From a virus: DNA of 64,000 nt. Both the position numbers and the translations under genes were made by a program. Positions 27,746 through 36,342 of this stretch are shown here, piece after piece; position 1 is the first letter of the stretch; the number at the start of each line of letters is the position of its first letter. Below the pieces are notes generated by a model. It saw only the letters and a list, made by a program, of their open reading frames with translations. It made no database searches and was not told where the DNA came from. The stretch spans positions 10,260 to 74,259 of the IMG/VR virus record IMGVR_UViG_3300037200_000067, one strand, 5' to 3'.

Positions 27746-28284
27746 GCGACAATCCTATCGAACAGAGGCGCGCCCATCATCGTTCTGGGGCGAGCTGCCA
27801 TCGGCGCCGGCATATCGGAAGGATCAAGTCTCAGCGCCAGCAATCCGCCCTTGGTTTCGCCGGCCTCGGCAAAGCCGGCCTTTCGGTAGGTCCATCCCCA
27901 AGTCGGGACGCCGCGCACGAGTGTCGGGCGAACCTTCGACCGATCAACAAATGTGATCATGCCGAGCGCGGGCGACGGCCCGTAGTGCGCCAGTGTCGCC
28001 GCCACGGCCGCGCGGATCAACTCGGAGGCTTTGGCGTTGCCCTCAGAGCGGAATGCGGAGCAAACCCACGCGCCCGCCCATGCGTGCTTCACGAATTGAG
28101 CGAATGGCGCCGACGTGATCCAGAACGCGTCTGCTTCGGCCGTCAGAAGTACGAGGCACGAGCCCGGCGGCGCGAATTGCGGCGAATCCGGCGTCTGGCG
28201 ATTGTAGTGGCGATCGGCCACCCGCTTGGCGGCCGGATCAGCGCGGTGCGACAAGCACCAAGGTTGCGGGGTCATTTCAGCCAT
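27742..28284 (-). CDS. Mom-like GNAT-fold protein (putative DNA modification)
   Basis: RHY, ASELI, ITFVD, GWTYRKAGF..AGET pattern. Confidence 0.5.
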   Translation of the reverse strand: MAEMTPQPWCLSHRADPAAKRVADRHYNRQTPDSPQFAPPGSCLVLLTAEADAFWITSAPFAQFVKHAWAGAWVCSAFRSEGNAKASELIRAAVAATLAHYGPSPALGMITFVDRSKVRPTLVRGVPTWGWTYRKAGFAEAGETKGGLLALRLDPSDMPAPMAARPRTMMGAPLFDRIVA

Positions 28285-28356
28285 AGCAGGCCATCCAGAA
28301 GTTTTCTCGCGCTCATAAGCCGAAGCGCGCAAAGGTAGGTCATCACCAAGTCAATT

Positions 28357-28587
28357 TCAGATTGTGTGAGATGATGCTTTTCCACTAGCTTTCCGAACGT
28401 CATCATTTTGTCCCTTCGGCGCGGTAAAAAGCCAAATCATGATCTTGGCAAGCGTTGTGGAATCGCAGGCGTTTTCATTCTCAACCCGGTTCAATGTTGC
28501 CGCCGAAATGCCGATGATTTTCGCCAACGCGCGGACACCGTAGCGATGCTGTTCGCGATAGGCGGCGATGACGGGACCAAGCATCAT
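28357..28587 (-). CDS. XRE-family HTH protein
   Basis: VRALAKIIGISAATLNRVEN. Confidence 0.8.
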   Translation of the reverse strand: MMLGPVIAAYREQHRYGVRALAKIIGISAATLNRVENENACDSTTLAKIMIWLFTAPKGQNDDVRKASGKASSHTI

Positions 28588-28629
28588 GGCTTCTTCTCAT
28601 TCCACGTGATCATCGCGGCGCGGCAAGTT

Positions 28630-28830
28630 TCAGTCATTGTAATAGTCCTCGATCGAGTCATAGACCTTAACCCCGTCGATCCATTTGTACTTCGCCTGCG
28701 GCCATCCCATTTCGCCGCGAACCCACGACTGCCTTTGCGCTTCGCGATGTTCTGCTTGCTGTTCCGGCGTCATTGCGTCAAATCGCGCTTGGGCTTCGGC
28801 GACGAGTTTCTTGAGTTCGTCTTCGGTCAT
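28630..28830 (-). CDS. hypothetical protein
   Basis: MTPEQ..HREAQRQSWVRGE. Confidence 0.6.
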   Translation of the reverse strand: MTEDELKKLVAEAQARFDAMTPEQQAEHREAQRQSWVRGEMGWPQAKYKWIDGVKVYDSIEDYYND

Positions 28831-29040
28831 GGCTTCGGCTCGTTGTACGCGATCATCGCGGCGCGGGCGGCTTTGGCCTCGTTACGATATTCATTTATCA
28901 CGTCGGTCCGCGGCATAGTCGTCGGGGTCTAAACCGCGCCGCGCGCATTCTTCGCGGGCCTCAATCTCGCGTTCTTGTTCCGGCGTAATGTCGTAGTAGC
29001 CTGAGTCGATTAGATAGTCCCCGAACGTGATGGCCATGGT

Positions 29041-29388
29041 TCAACTCTCCTTTGCGCTGTGGCCCGCGAGATAGGCTTCAATGTCGTCGGCGATCATGTC
29101 GGGGGTGACGCTGGACATTGAGACGAGGTGCCTGACACGCTGGGCCCCGGCAAAAATGCGCCTGCGATCCACCCCCGGCGCGGAGAGTATCATTGTCAGT
29201 GCAGCCTTACCCCAAATTTTCTCCGCTAACGCAATGGCGCATGTGGAGCAACTGCCGTATCCCCATTTGAACCCTTCGGGCCAAAGCTTCGGCCTGCGAA
29301 GCCGCCATGCCAGCCCCCGCAACGACGGCTTGTCGAGATCGACAAACAGATCGGTGGTTTCGTCAATGGTGATCGGGGTGTGCTTCAT
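29041..29388 (-). CDS. hypothetical protein
   Basis: ATG 29388 with RBS, coupled to upstream gene. Confidence 0.55.
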   Translation of the reverse strand: MKHTPITIDETTDLFVDLDKPSLRGLAWRLRRPKLWPEGFKWGYGSCSTCAIALAEKIWGKAALTMILSAPGVDRRRIFAGAQRVRHLVSMSSVTPDMIADDIEAYLAGHSAKES

Positions 29389-29564
29389 GGTTGAGGTTCC
29401 TTCCATCCAAGGCTTTTCAGAAATAGAAACAACGCGGCGATAACTTCGGGTTCCAGACAAACGGCTTCAGACGCGTCGATAGAGTTTACACGCAACCAGA
29501 TGTTCCATCCGTCAAAAGTCGCGTACACGCCGTCGCCAAGGTATATTTTTTTCTCGTCGCTCAC
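29385..29564 (-). CDS. hypothetical protein (YLGDGVY motif)
   Basis: GTG 29564 with GGAGG RBS. Confidence 0.6.
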   Translation of the reverse strand: MSDEKKIYLGDGVYATFDGWNIWLRVNSIDASEAVCLEPEVIAALFLFLKSLGWKEPQP

Positions 29565-29956
29565 GTCGCCCCTCCCTGCGGCTTCGCCGCCTCGGCCTGA
29601 TTGAGTTTCGCGAGGACGGCGCGGGCACGGCGAAAGTCGCCAAGTTTGGTTCCTAAGCCTACAGTCGTGCCATCCGGTTGCAATTCCGTGCCGGGGCGTT
29701 GATATGCAAGCCATCGTTTGTCGGCTTCACTAGCCGCCCCCGCGAACGGCTCCAACGCCCCTGCCGCCTCCGCCAGCAGCCGGTCCTTCTCCGCGAGCGC
29801 GGCGCGGAGGGCGTCGCGTTCGGCGGCGAGTGCGACTATCATCGAAGCTGCATTTTGACTTCCGTTGCCGCTGCGCAGGCGCAGCCAACTTGCCAGTGTG
29901 AACGCTGCTTCAGATGAAGTATCGCCATTCTTGTCGAGTTCCATAACGATTGTCAT
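29561..29956 (-). CDS. hypothetical protein
   Basis: in-operon ORF with RBS; ALEPFA motif. Confidence 0.6.
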   Translation of the reverse strand: MTIVMELDKNGDTSSEAAFTLASWLRLRSGNGSQNAASMIVALAAERDALRAALAEKDRLLAEAAGALEPFAGAASEADKRWLAYQRPGTELQPDGTTVGLGTKLGDFRRARAVLAKLNQAEAAKPQGGAT

Positions 29957-29958
29957 GT

Positions 29959-30708
29959 TTAGCCTCCTGGTACATCTGGTGAGGGAAGGACGTCGGGAGA
30001 GGCGGGAGGCAGAGGAAGTGCTCGGATCGCAGCGGCGATTTCAGCGCAAAGCTTCTCGCGTTTGACGTTGTGATAGCCGGTCGATGATGATTGCGCTTCT
30101 GCGCATGTCGCCGCCGCTTCGCGCATCAGTTCGACGGCGACATTCGGCAAAAGCGGAAACGGCAACAACGGCTTCCCATCTTCGGTCTTGCCATAAGCAA
30201 GCATGTCCAGAAGGCGAATAAAATCTTCGTTGTTCTCCAGTCGGAAGGATTCTCCGATCATACCAACGGCTTGATAGCATTCGGCAATGACGGTCGCCAT
30301 CGGGGCGGCTGCGGTTATCGCATCCCGCACCGCCGCAATCCCTGCGACGTTCGGCCATTTCATCGGATCGCCCGCGAACGGATCGCGCGGCCCGGCTTCG
30401 GTTTCCGCCACACTGAATATCCCGCACAGGACGTTGAGCGGGAGAGCTTCGCCCGCGCTCTCGGAAGCGCGGAGAGCGGAGAGGAATACGTCGCGGTGGC
30501 GGAAAGCGAATGCGCCAAGTTCATCAAAATCAGGCGCCGAGTCGATTGAGGGAACGCTTTCGACGTAGGCGGCAAATTGGTTGCTCAACTTGTGCATTTC
30601 GGCAAGCCCCTCGTAATACGTCTCAAGGTCGCGCTCTTGCTCGGGGCTTAAAGGCCCAAGCCGACCTAAAATCTGGTCTTCAAAGCTGCGCATCACGTCT
30701 TCCTCCAC
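29959..30708 (-). CDS. hypothetical protein
   Basis: in-operon ORF. Confidence 0.6.
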   Translation of the reverse strand: MEEDVMRSFEDQILGRLGPLSPEQERDLETYYEGLAEMHKLSNQFAAYVESVPSIDSAPDFDELGAFAFRHRDVFLSALRASESAGEALPLNVLCGIFSVAETEAGPRDPFAGDPMKWPNVAGIAAVRDAITAAAPMATVIAECYQAVGMIGESFRLENNEDFIRLLDMLAYGKTEDGKPLLPFPLLPNVAVELMREAAATCAEAQSSSTGYHNVKREKLCAEIAAAIRALPLPPASPDVLPSPDVPGG

Positions 30709-30956
30709 ATAGGATCGCGCGGAACGGCGCTATTCAGCGCGTCGCGCAGCGAGCGGTTCTCGCGCAAGGTGCTGGCGAAGCGCTGGACAAGCGCATCCCG
30801 ATCCGTGCGCACGGTCGCAAGGTCATCTTGTAGGCGCTCATGCGCGCCGACCAGATAGCCGCACGCGAGGCTCAGCGCCGCCCAATCGGCGTCGGCGCCA
30901 TGCGAGTGCGCGGCATCAATCAGCGCGGCAACGGTGGCTTTTGAGACGTCAATCAT
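30693..30956 (-). CDS. hypothetical protein
   Basis: coupled ORF. Confidence 0.5.
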   Translation of the reverse strand: MIDVSKATVAALIDAAHSHGADADWAALSLACGYLVGAHERLQDDLATVRTDRDALVQRFASTLRENRSLRDALNSAVPRDPMWRKT

Positions 30957-31174
30957 GATGCTGCCCAAAGATAGAATGCATAAAGGCCGAACATGACGAC
31001 GCCTGCTACGCCTGCAATAGCGGCGGAAACAGGAAGAGCAGCCACCCACGACAGCCACCAGAACAAGACCGGGTATTCGTCATCAAGCACCTCGACCATG
31101 ATGCTGTAGACGACTTTCCTGACGCCGACGTACAGGAGCAGAGAAACCACAAACAGAACGATTGTCGATGCCAT
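30953..31174 (-). CDS. small membrane protein
   Basis: two hydrophobic segments; TGATG coupling. Confidence 0.55.
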   Translation of the reverse strand: MASTIVLFVVSLLLYVGVRKVVYSIMVEVLDDEYPVLFWWLSWVAALPVSAAIAGVAGVVMFGLYAFYLWAAS

Positions 31175-31371
31175 CAGGCGACCCTCTTTTTCGCGCTGCG
31201 GCGTCTGTCGTCCAGCATCCACAAGAGGATGCGGGCAAGCGTCCGGCTGTCGCACGCATGGCCATTTTCGACGCGGCTGAGCGTTGACACCGGAACGCCG
31301 ATCTCTTTCGCCAGTTCGCGGACGTTGCAGCGGTCGTAGCGATAGGCGCGGAGGACGTCGCCGAGTTTCAT
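31174..31371 (-). CDS. XRE-family HTH protein (paralogue of 28357-28587)
   Basis: VRELAKEIGVPVSTLSRVEN. Confidence 0.8.
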   Translation of the reverse strand: MKLGDVLRAYRYDRCNVRELAKEIGVPVSTLSRVENGHACDSRTLARILLWMLDDRRRSAKKRVA

Positions 31372-31568
31372 TTCTTGACGTCCTTTTCTTTTGTCGGAGC
31401 GACATTGGCGCGCGGCGATACGATGGCTGCGAGCAGAACGATGGCGATCTTCGTAAGGGCGCTCAGCGCCGCTCCGACCATAAGGAGAATGAACACGGCA
31501 AACCAGAAGCCCCAATGGCGGTCGATGAATTCGAGAAACGTCATGGCTGCTCCCGATCCAAGCCCCAA
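31368..31568 (-). CDS. small membrane protein
   Basis: hydrophobic ORF. Confidence 0.5.
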   Translation of the reverse strand: MGLGSGAAMTFLEFIDRHWGFWFAVFILLMVGAALSALTKIAIVLLAAIVSPRANVAPTKEKDVKK

Positions 31569-31945
31569 ACTCTCACCGAAAGCTGATGGAACCGCCTGCT
31601 GTAGCCGGTGTCTTTCGCGAGAAACCGCAAGCGGAACTCTTCGTCGACTGTCTCGCCGTACATCTGACCATCGCAGCCGTTCCCTGCGCCGAGGACCGCT
31701 TTGGCGGCTTCTCGCATCCTCTCGGCGCCATGGATGCGCGTGCGCACCGGCGCCCAGAGCGCGGGCGACTCAATGACGCCGCATGTTCCGCGCCCGTCTT
31801 CATGCTCGTGCAGCGCCGGGCACGGCAGCGCGTGATCCTCGCCAAACAACTCGGCGCCGATCGGGCAAAGAGCCTCGCGGCAGCACATACCGCACGCGTT
31901 GCAGGCCGATCCGTAGGGCACTTTCTGTATGGCTGGCGCGGTCAT
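31541..31945 (-). CDS. CxxCxxCC (YkgJ-like) metal-binding protein
   Basis: CNACGMCC...CP...CPAL...CG. Confidence 0.7.
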   Translation of the reverse strand: MTAPAIQKVPYGSACNACGMCCREALCPIGAELFGEDHALPCPALHEHEDGRGTCGVIESPALWAPVRTRIHGAERMREAAKAVLGAGNGCDGQMYGETVDEEFRLRFLAKDTGYSRRFHQLSVRVWGLDREQP

Positions 31946-32328
31946 GCGGACTCCTGCTCTGCGCCAAAGATCGCTTCATCCTCTTGCGCGGCGATAGCGC
32001 GGCCTGTGGACCCAGGGTCGATCGGGAACTGGCCCGGTTGCAACGGATCGGGCGAACGCTTCTGGACGCCTTCCTCAATGTGGCCATTGCGCACGCGCCG
32101 GAAACTCCCTTGCGACCGCCGCAGCGCCGCGATCCGGCTCCCGACGATTTCAAAGACGTCCGCCAGTTCGACGTCTTCACGCGTCATGGCCGCTTCGACT
32201 TGTTCACGCGTCAAACCGACCAGGCGCGCATGGGAGAGCTTGCGCTCGTGCGCGCGGCATTCGTCTTCCGATGCGAATTCGACGCCGTCGAACGCTTCGT
32301 ATTTTGTGATTGTCTTCATGGTCCCCAT
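31942..32328 (-). CDS. hypothetical protein
   Basis: YEAFDGVEF..EDEC.AHE motif. Confidence 0.6.
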   Translation of the reverse strand: MGTMKTITKYEAFDGVEFASEDECRAHERKLSHARLVGLTREQVEAAMTREDVELADVFEIVGSRIAALRRSQGSFRRVRNGHIEEGVQKRSPDPLQPGQFPIDPGSTGRAIAAQEDEAIFGAEQESA

Positions 32329-32504
32329 CCGAGTGGCGCAAAAAATCCGCCGTAGTAAAGAACGACGCCTGTAATGAATTCGACAATGAAACGCGCGAGC
32401 GGGTTGAAGTTACCACCAAGGGGCTCGCCAGACTTGGCGATATGGACGCCAATGGCGATGCAGGTCACGCCAAGGTAGATGTACTGAGGCCAATGCGCGA
32501 TCAT
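32316..32504 (-). CDS. small membrane protein
   Basis: WPQ...LYYGGFF. Confidence 0.6.
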   Translation of the reverse strand: MIAHWPQYIYLGVTCIAIGVHIAKSGEPLGGNFNPLARFIVEFITGVVLYYGGFFAPLGWGP

Positions 32505-32689
32505 GCTGGCGCTCCTGCCCTGGCGAGGATGGCGTTGCGCATCGCCTGGATTTCAAGCATCCTGTCGTAAAGCCCTTGTGTCAGGCGAGGCATTTCGTTG
32601 CGCCAGTCGCCAGTCAAAACTAGGGCCGCTTCCCATTGTTCGTAGGCGCGAAGCACGGCGATCATTTCATCCCGCTCTTTATCGGCCAT
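32501..32689 (-). CDS. hypothetical protein
   Basis: coupled ORF. Confidence 0.55.
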   Translation of the reverse strand: MADKERDEMIAVLRAYEQWEAALVLTGDWRNEMPRLTQGLYDRMLEIQAMRNAILARAGAPA

Positions 32690-33089
32690 TTCCAGTCCCC
32701 TTCACTTTCCCGATATCCCTGAATAACTGGCGCGGCGGCAGGGACGGCTTTGTGACCGGCCGCTCTGGTTTCTCCCGCGATGGAATCGACGCCTTGTTCG
32801 GCTTCTCCGCGCCAAGGTGACGCGCTTCGGTGTTGACGGCTTTGGCGATGACCTTGCGGTCGATCTTGGTTTTGGCCTTGTGGCAGGGGATGCAGAGCAG
32901 CTTGCCGTCAGCGGCCTTCAGCGCGCGCTTCTGGACCACGAGGGCGTCGGCGACGGTGTGATCGATCTCGAATTTCGTGCATGGCCGCTCGCACGACGCT
33001 TCCTCGCAATAGATCACGTTATGACGCGTGGCTCTCTTGATGATCTCGACCTGGACGCGCTGCGTGAAATTGAGCCGCTTCATGGGCAA
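32679..33089 (-). CDS. HNH endonuclease
   Basis: C..C, EIDH, LLCIPCHKAKT. Confidence 0.75.
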   Translation of the reverse strand: MPMKRLNFTQRVQVEIIKRATRHNVIYCEEASCERPCTKFEIDHTVADALVVQKRALKAADGKLLCIPCHKAKTKIDRKVIAKAVNTEARHLGAEKPNKASIPSREKPERPVTKPSLPPRQLFRDIGKVKGTGNGR

Positions 33090-33454
33090 CCTCGCTCAAT
33101 CCATACCCGCTTGCCGGATGCGATCACGGCGCGCGCGTTCGGGTCAGGATTCCGCCGCCACATGGCGCGCATGGCCCGCGTCATTTCGCGATACTGCTCG
33201 CCACAATCATAGCCCGTGCAAAGAACTGGCGCGCTCCCATGAATCGTGCATCCGTTCGGCCCAAGATAGAAACAGTCGCCGTTTTCCTTGTGCGCGAGCA
33301 TCTTCGCCGGCTGATGCGTGATCGGGTTGACGGTGTCGACGGTCTGGTAGCGCTCGACGACGTAGCCGTCCTCCGGACGCAGGATGATCATAATGCCGCC
33401 TTTGCAGCAGGCAGTGCAGCCGTTGCAGTTGACGGTCGCGGGGAGCTTGGTCAT
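33080..33454 (-). CDS. YkgJ-family CxxCxxCC protein
   Basis: CNGCTACC...GDCFYL...CTIH..AP.LC..YDC. Confidence 0.85.
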   Translation of the reverse strand: MTKLPATVNCNGCTACCKGGIMIILRPEDGYVVERYQTVDTVNPITHQPAKMLAHKENGDCFYLGPNGCTIHGSAPVLCTGYDCGEQYREMTRAMRAMWRRNPDPNARAVIASGKRVWIERGCP

Positions 33455-34038
33455 GCGCGGATGATCTCTTTCAGCGCCTTGTCGCGCGCAGCGTTTAGTT
33501 CGGCCATCGCCGCCTGGGAACCGCCGCGATCAGGATGACGGTCCTTGGCGAGACGCCGGTAAGCGGCCTCGATCGCTTCTCGCGATGCGTCCTTTCGGCA
33601 CTCGAGAATGTCCCACCACTCGCGCGGCGCCGGCAACTGGACAAAGCCGCGAAACATTTCCGCGACTGTCGCGACGCCATGGCGCTCGATCGCGCGCGTC
33701 GCTTCAATGTGAGCCGCGATGGCGGCAAGGTTCTGAGCGACCTTTTTATAGGTCTGGCACGGCAGACACGTTGATTTGCCGTCGAGTTGGAAATAGACGG
33801 CGACGGCAGGATCGCCCGGTTCTCCTTGACCCGATCGTGGCAGGCCGTCCGCACGCAAGGGAATGTTGGTGCTGACCACGACGTTCTTGGCTCCGAGGAG
33901 GAACAGTTGGCGATGGAGACGGTCAAGCGCGACGCTGACGGTCAGTGTCGATCCGCCTTTTGAGAACGAGCCGAATCGCTTGGGGAGTTCGCGCGCCCGG
34001 CCAGCGGGCCACTGGAGCGGATAGGCGGAAATGCTCAC
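33451..34038 (-). CDS. J-domain (DnaJ-type) protein
   Basis: AYRRLAKDRHPDRGGS with HPD motif; YPLQWP N-terminus. Confidence 0.9.
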   Translation of the reverse strand: MSISAYPLQWPAGRARELPKRFGSFSKGGSTLTVSVALDRLHRQLFLLGAKNVVVSTNIPLRADGLPRSGQGEPGDPAVAVYFQLDGKSTCLPCQTYKKVAQNLAAIAAHIEATRAIERHGVATVAEMFRGFVQLPAPREWWDILECRKDASREAIEAAYRRLAKDRHPDRGGSQAAMAELNAARDKALKEIIRA

Positions 34039-34322
34039 TCGGATTTCTCCGCGCGCGCGCCGCCCTCGACGGCGTCCGCTGGCGGCTTGATGCCGTCCAA
34101 CGTCCGCCTCAGATGGCCCACGATGGCGAAGTGCTGCCCCGTCGCGACCATCATGGCTACAATGCCGTCGATCGCGCCCAGCGACCGCCCAGCCGCTTCC
34201 ATTGGCCCTCCCGCGAGAAGCCCGTCGCTGAAAATCTCTGCGCCCAGCTTCCTGCCCGCGCGAATGTGCGCCGCAGCGACGCCGAGCGCCCCAAGCCCGT
34301 CAGCTTTCTGATTCTGGTCCAC
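34035..34322 (-). CDS. hypothetical protein
   Basis: in-operon ORF. Confidence 0.45.
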   Translation of the reverse strand: MDQNQKADGLGALGVAAAHIRAGRKLGAEIFSDGLLAGGPMEAAGRSLGAIDGIVAMMVATGQHFAIVGHLRRTLDGIKPPADAVEGGARAEKSE

Positions 34323-34833
34323 CGATCCTCCTCTCGACGCCGACCAGCGCCTCCAGATAATTCAGCACGTCCTCTTTGGAGCGCTGGAATTCGTCTTTCG
34401 TCATGCGGTGCTGCTTTTGCGAGCGCGGCGTCAGTTCAGTAACGACGTCGCCGTGGATTGTGACGATGGAATATTGCTGGTCTTCGTCGTCGTCGTCGGG
34501 GCGCGAGCGCACGAAAGCGGCGAAGCGCCGCGCCTCACGCGGGTCCGACGCGATGAATTGCCGGGAATTTGCCCAGCCCGTGGCGACGAGGGCGTGCTTG
34601 CGGAGCGCGGTTTCGGACTTGTATTGCGCGGACAGGTGATCGGGCAGGGACATCCAAATGTCGCGGATGCGGGCAAAGTAATGCGCTCTAGATCGAGCGC
34701 TCGTTCCCTCCGAAATTTCCAGACGATAGAATTGACCGACGACGAGTTTAGCGTCGCATTCTTTCATGAAGCGGCGCGCGGGCTCGAAAGCGGTCCCGCT
34801 CCATTGGGCCATTATCGGCGCAGGCGTGCTCAC
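34300..34833 (-). CDS. NinB-like recombination accessory protein
   Basis: S.RSRAHYFA...W; SQ...MTKDEF; recombination-cluster context. Confidence 0.5.
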   Translation of the reverse strand: MSTPAPIMAQWSGTAFEPARRFMKECDAKLVVGQFYRLEISEGTSARSRAHYFARIRDIWMSLPDHLSAQYKSETALRKHALVATGWANSRQFIASDPREARRFAAFVRSRPDDDDEDQQYSIVTIHGDVVTELTPRSQKQHRMTKDEFQRSKEDVLNYLEALVGVERRIGGPESES

Positions 34834-34846
34834 GTTCGGCAATCCA

Positions 34847-35464
34847 TCAGTCAATGTAAAGCACGCCAAGGCGCGCCATGTTCTCGGGGGACTCGGCGGT
34901 CTGGCGCAGGAGCGCGGTGATCGCGCCGGGACAAACATAGAAGCCTTGGTTCCCGTACTTCATCATGCGGCGCACGGACGCGACCGGGTACGTGATCTTG
35001 TGAACGGCGAGGCGCTTGCGGCCCAAGTCCCAAAGGGAGTGGTCGCCCGTCACAAGGCTTTCGCCGTCAAACGCGAACTGGCAGATGGTGAAGTCGAAAC
35101 TGTCGATGACGGCTTCGGCGCTGTTGTAATATTGGAATTTGATGCACTGAATATCACGCTCAGCCGTCTCGTCAGGCAATTTTCCCTTGTAGTGGATATG
35201 GTGCTCGCTCTCGCGGAGCTTCGTCAGCCCCATCGCGTCAATAGACGACGTGAATGAAGCGAGTTGCGACTCGTCCCGAAAGAAGAAATCAAAGTCGCTC
35301 TTAACGTCCTCGTTGAGCAGCGTTCGGCGCACGGCGCCGCCAGCAAGCCACGGCCCTTGCGGCGAGATAGGAAAGCCCTTGCGGAGTACCTTCGCCATGT
35401 CTGTTTCCTCGAGTCCTCTGTCGGAGGATCGCGCGACGAATTGCGCCATATCGTGCTTGCTCAT
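34847..35464 (-). CDS. minimal class II (CCA/poly(A) polymerase head-like) nucleotidyltransferase
   Basis: LAGGAVR, DFDFF, FDFTICQFA, R..KY...GF. Confidence 0.8.
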   Translation of the reverse strand: MSKHDMAQFVARSSDRGLEETDMAKVLRKGFPISPQGPWLAGGAVRRTLLNEDVKSDFDFFFRDESQLASFTSSIDAMGLTKLRESEHHIHYKGKLPDETAERDIQCIKFQYYNSAEAVIDSFDFTICQFAFDGESLVTGDHSLWDLGRKRLAVHKITYPVASVRRMMKYGNQGFYVCPGAITALLRQTAESPENMARLGVLYID

Positions 35465-35468
35465 GATC

Positions 35469-36077
35469 TCACCCGTAAGCCTTGATCTTCGCCACCATGG
35501 CGTCGAGATCGCGATTGAAGTCGATCACGGCCGATCGCAAATTCGCGATATAGGCCGGGTCGCGATATGCCCGCTTGATGAACAGCGGCATTTTGGGCCA
35601 ATAACAAACAAGGTCGCACCACGCGCGCTCTGTGATCCACATTTGGCCTTGAACCTGCGCCACATGCTGCGGAGGAAAGTCGCCTTTCTCTAAAATCTCG
35701 ATCAGCACGGATGGCTTGCAATTCTTGACTTCGAGCAGGCCATCTGCGCTCAACAGCGCGTCCGGCGACGCGCCGGCAAGCTCATTTCGAGCGAATGAAA
35801 TCCGCTTCGGTTCGGCGCCGGCGACCAGCGCATAGGCGAGTCTGGCCTGCTCTTCCATCTGGCGCCCGCGTTCCATCGCGGCGTTGGTAAACGTCTCCTC
35901 GGGTTCGCCGGTGATCCGCTCGCCGGCCAGCCGCAAGAGCAGCGCGCGCCGCATCTTGCCTTCGCCTTTGGCGAGCATGGCGCCGAATTCTGAGGCGGTG
36001 ACAATGCCGGCGCGAAGGGCTTTCCATTTGGGAGAGCCTTGGGGAAAATCTTCGTGGCTGAAATATTCAGTGGGCAT
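35469..36077 (-). CDS. YqaJ/lambda-exonuclease family protein
   Basis: QGS..W...R, TASEF, GASPD, EVK, QVQGQMW. Confidence 0.92.
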   Translation of the reverse strand: MPTEYFSHEDFPQGSPKWKALRAGIVTASEFGAMLAKGEGKMRRALLLRLAGERITGEPEETFTNAAMERGRQMEEQARLAYALVAGAEPKRISFARNELAGASPDALLSADGLLEVKNCKPSVLIEILEKGDFPPQHVAQVQGQMWITERAWCDLVCYWPKMPLFIKRAYRDPAYIANLRSAVIDFNRDLDAMVAKIKAYG

Positions 36078-36339
36078 CGTCAGCGTCCTCGTCTTGGGGA
36101 ACGCCCGGAACGCGAATCCATTTGATCTCCAGGAAACTGCCACTGGCCTGAGGAGCCACCCAAAGGCTTCCATCATCGCAAAGGGCGAGAATTCGAGGAT
36201 AGTATTGATCCGTTTCGGGGACGTCTGTGACCTGAATTATCTTCCGCTTCACGGGCCACTCCTTTTTCGACCGGCTCCAGGCGCCCCAAAAGGCGGACGC
36301 CATGAGAAAACCTATGACAAACTGCAACGGCTCGACCAC
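36067..36339 (-). CDS. hypothetical protein
   Basis: RKIIQV...ALCDDGSLW. Confidence 0.55.
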   Translation of the reverse strand: MVEPLQFVIGFLMASAFWGAWSRSKKEWPVKRKIIQVTDVPETDQYYPRILALCDDGSLWVAPQASGSFLEIKWIRVPGVPQDEDADDAH

Positions 36340-36342
36340 GGC

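Noticed and set aside
28599-28612. Second parS-like site (ATTCCACGTGATCA)
   Set aside because: Several mismatches to the consensus and not palindromic.
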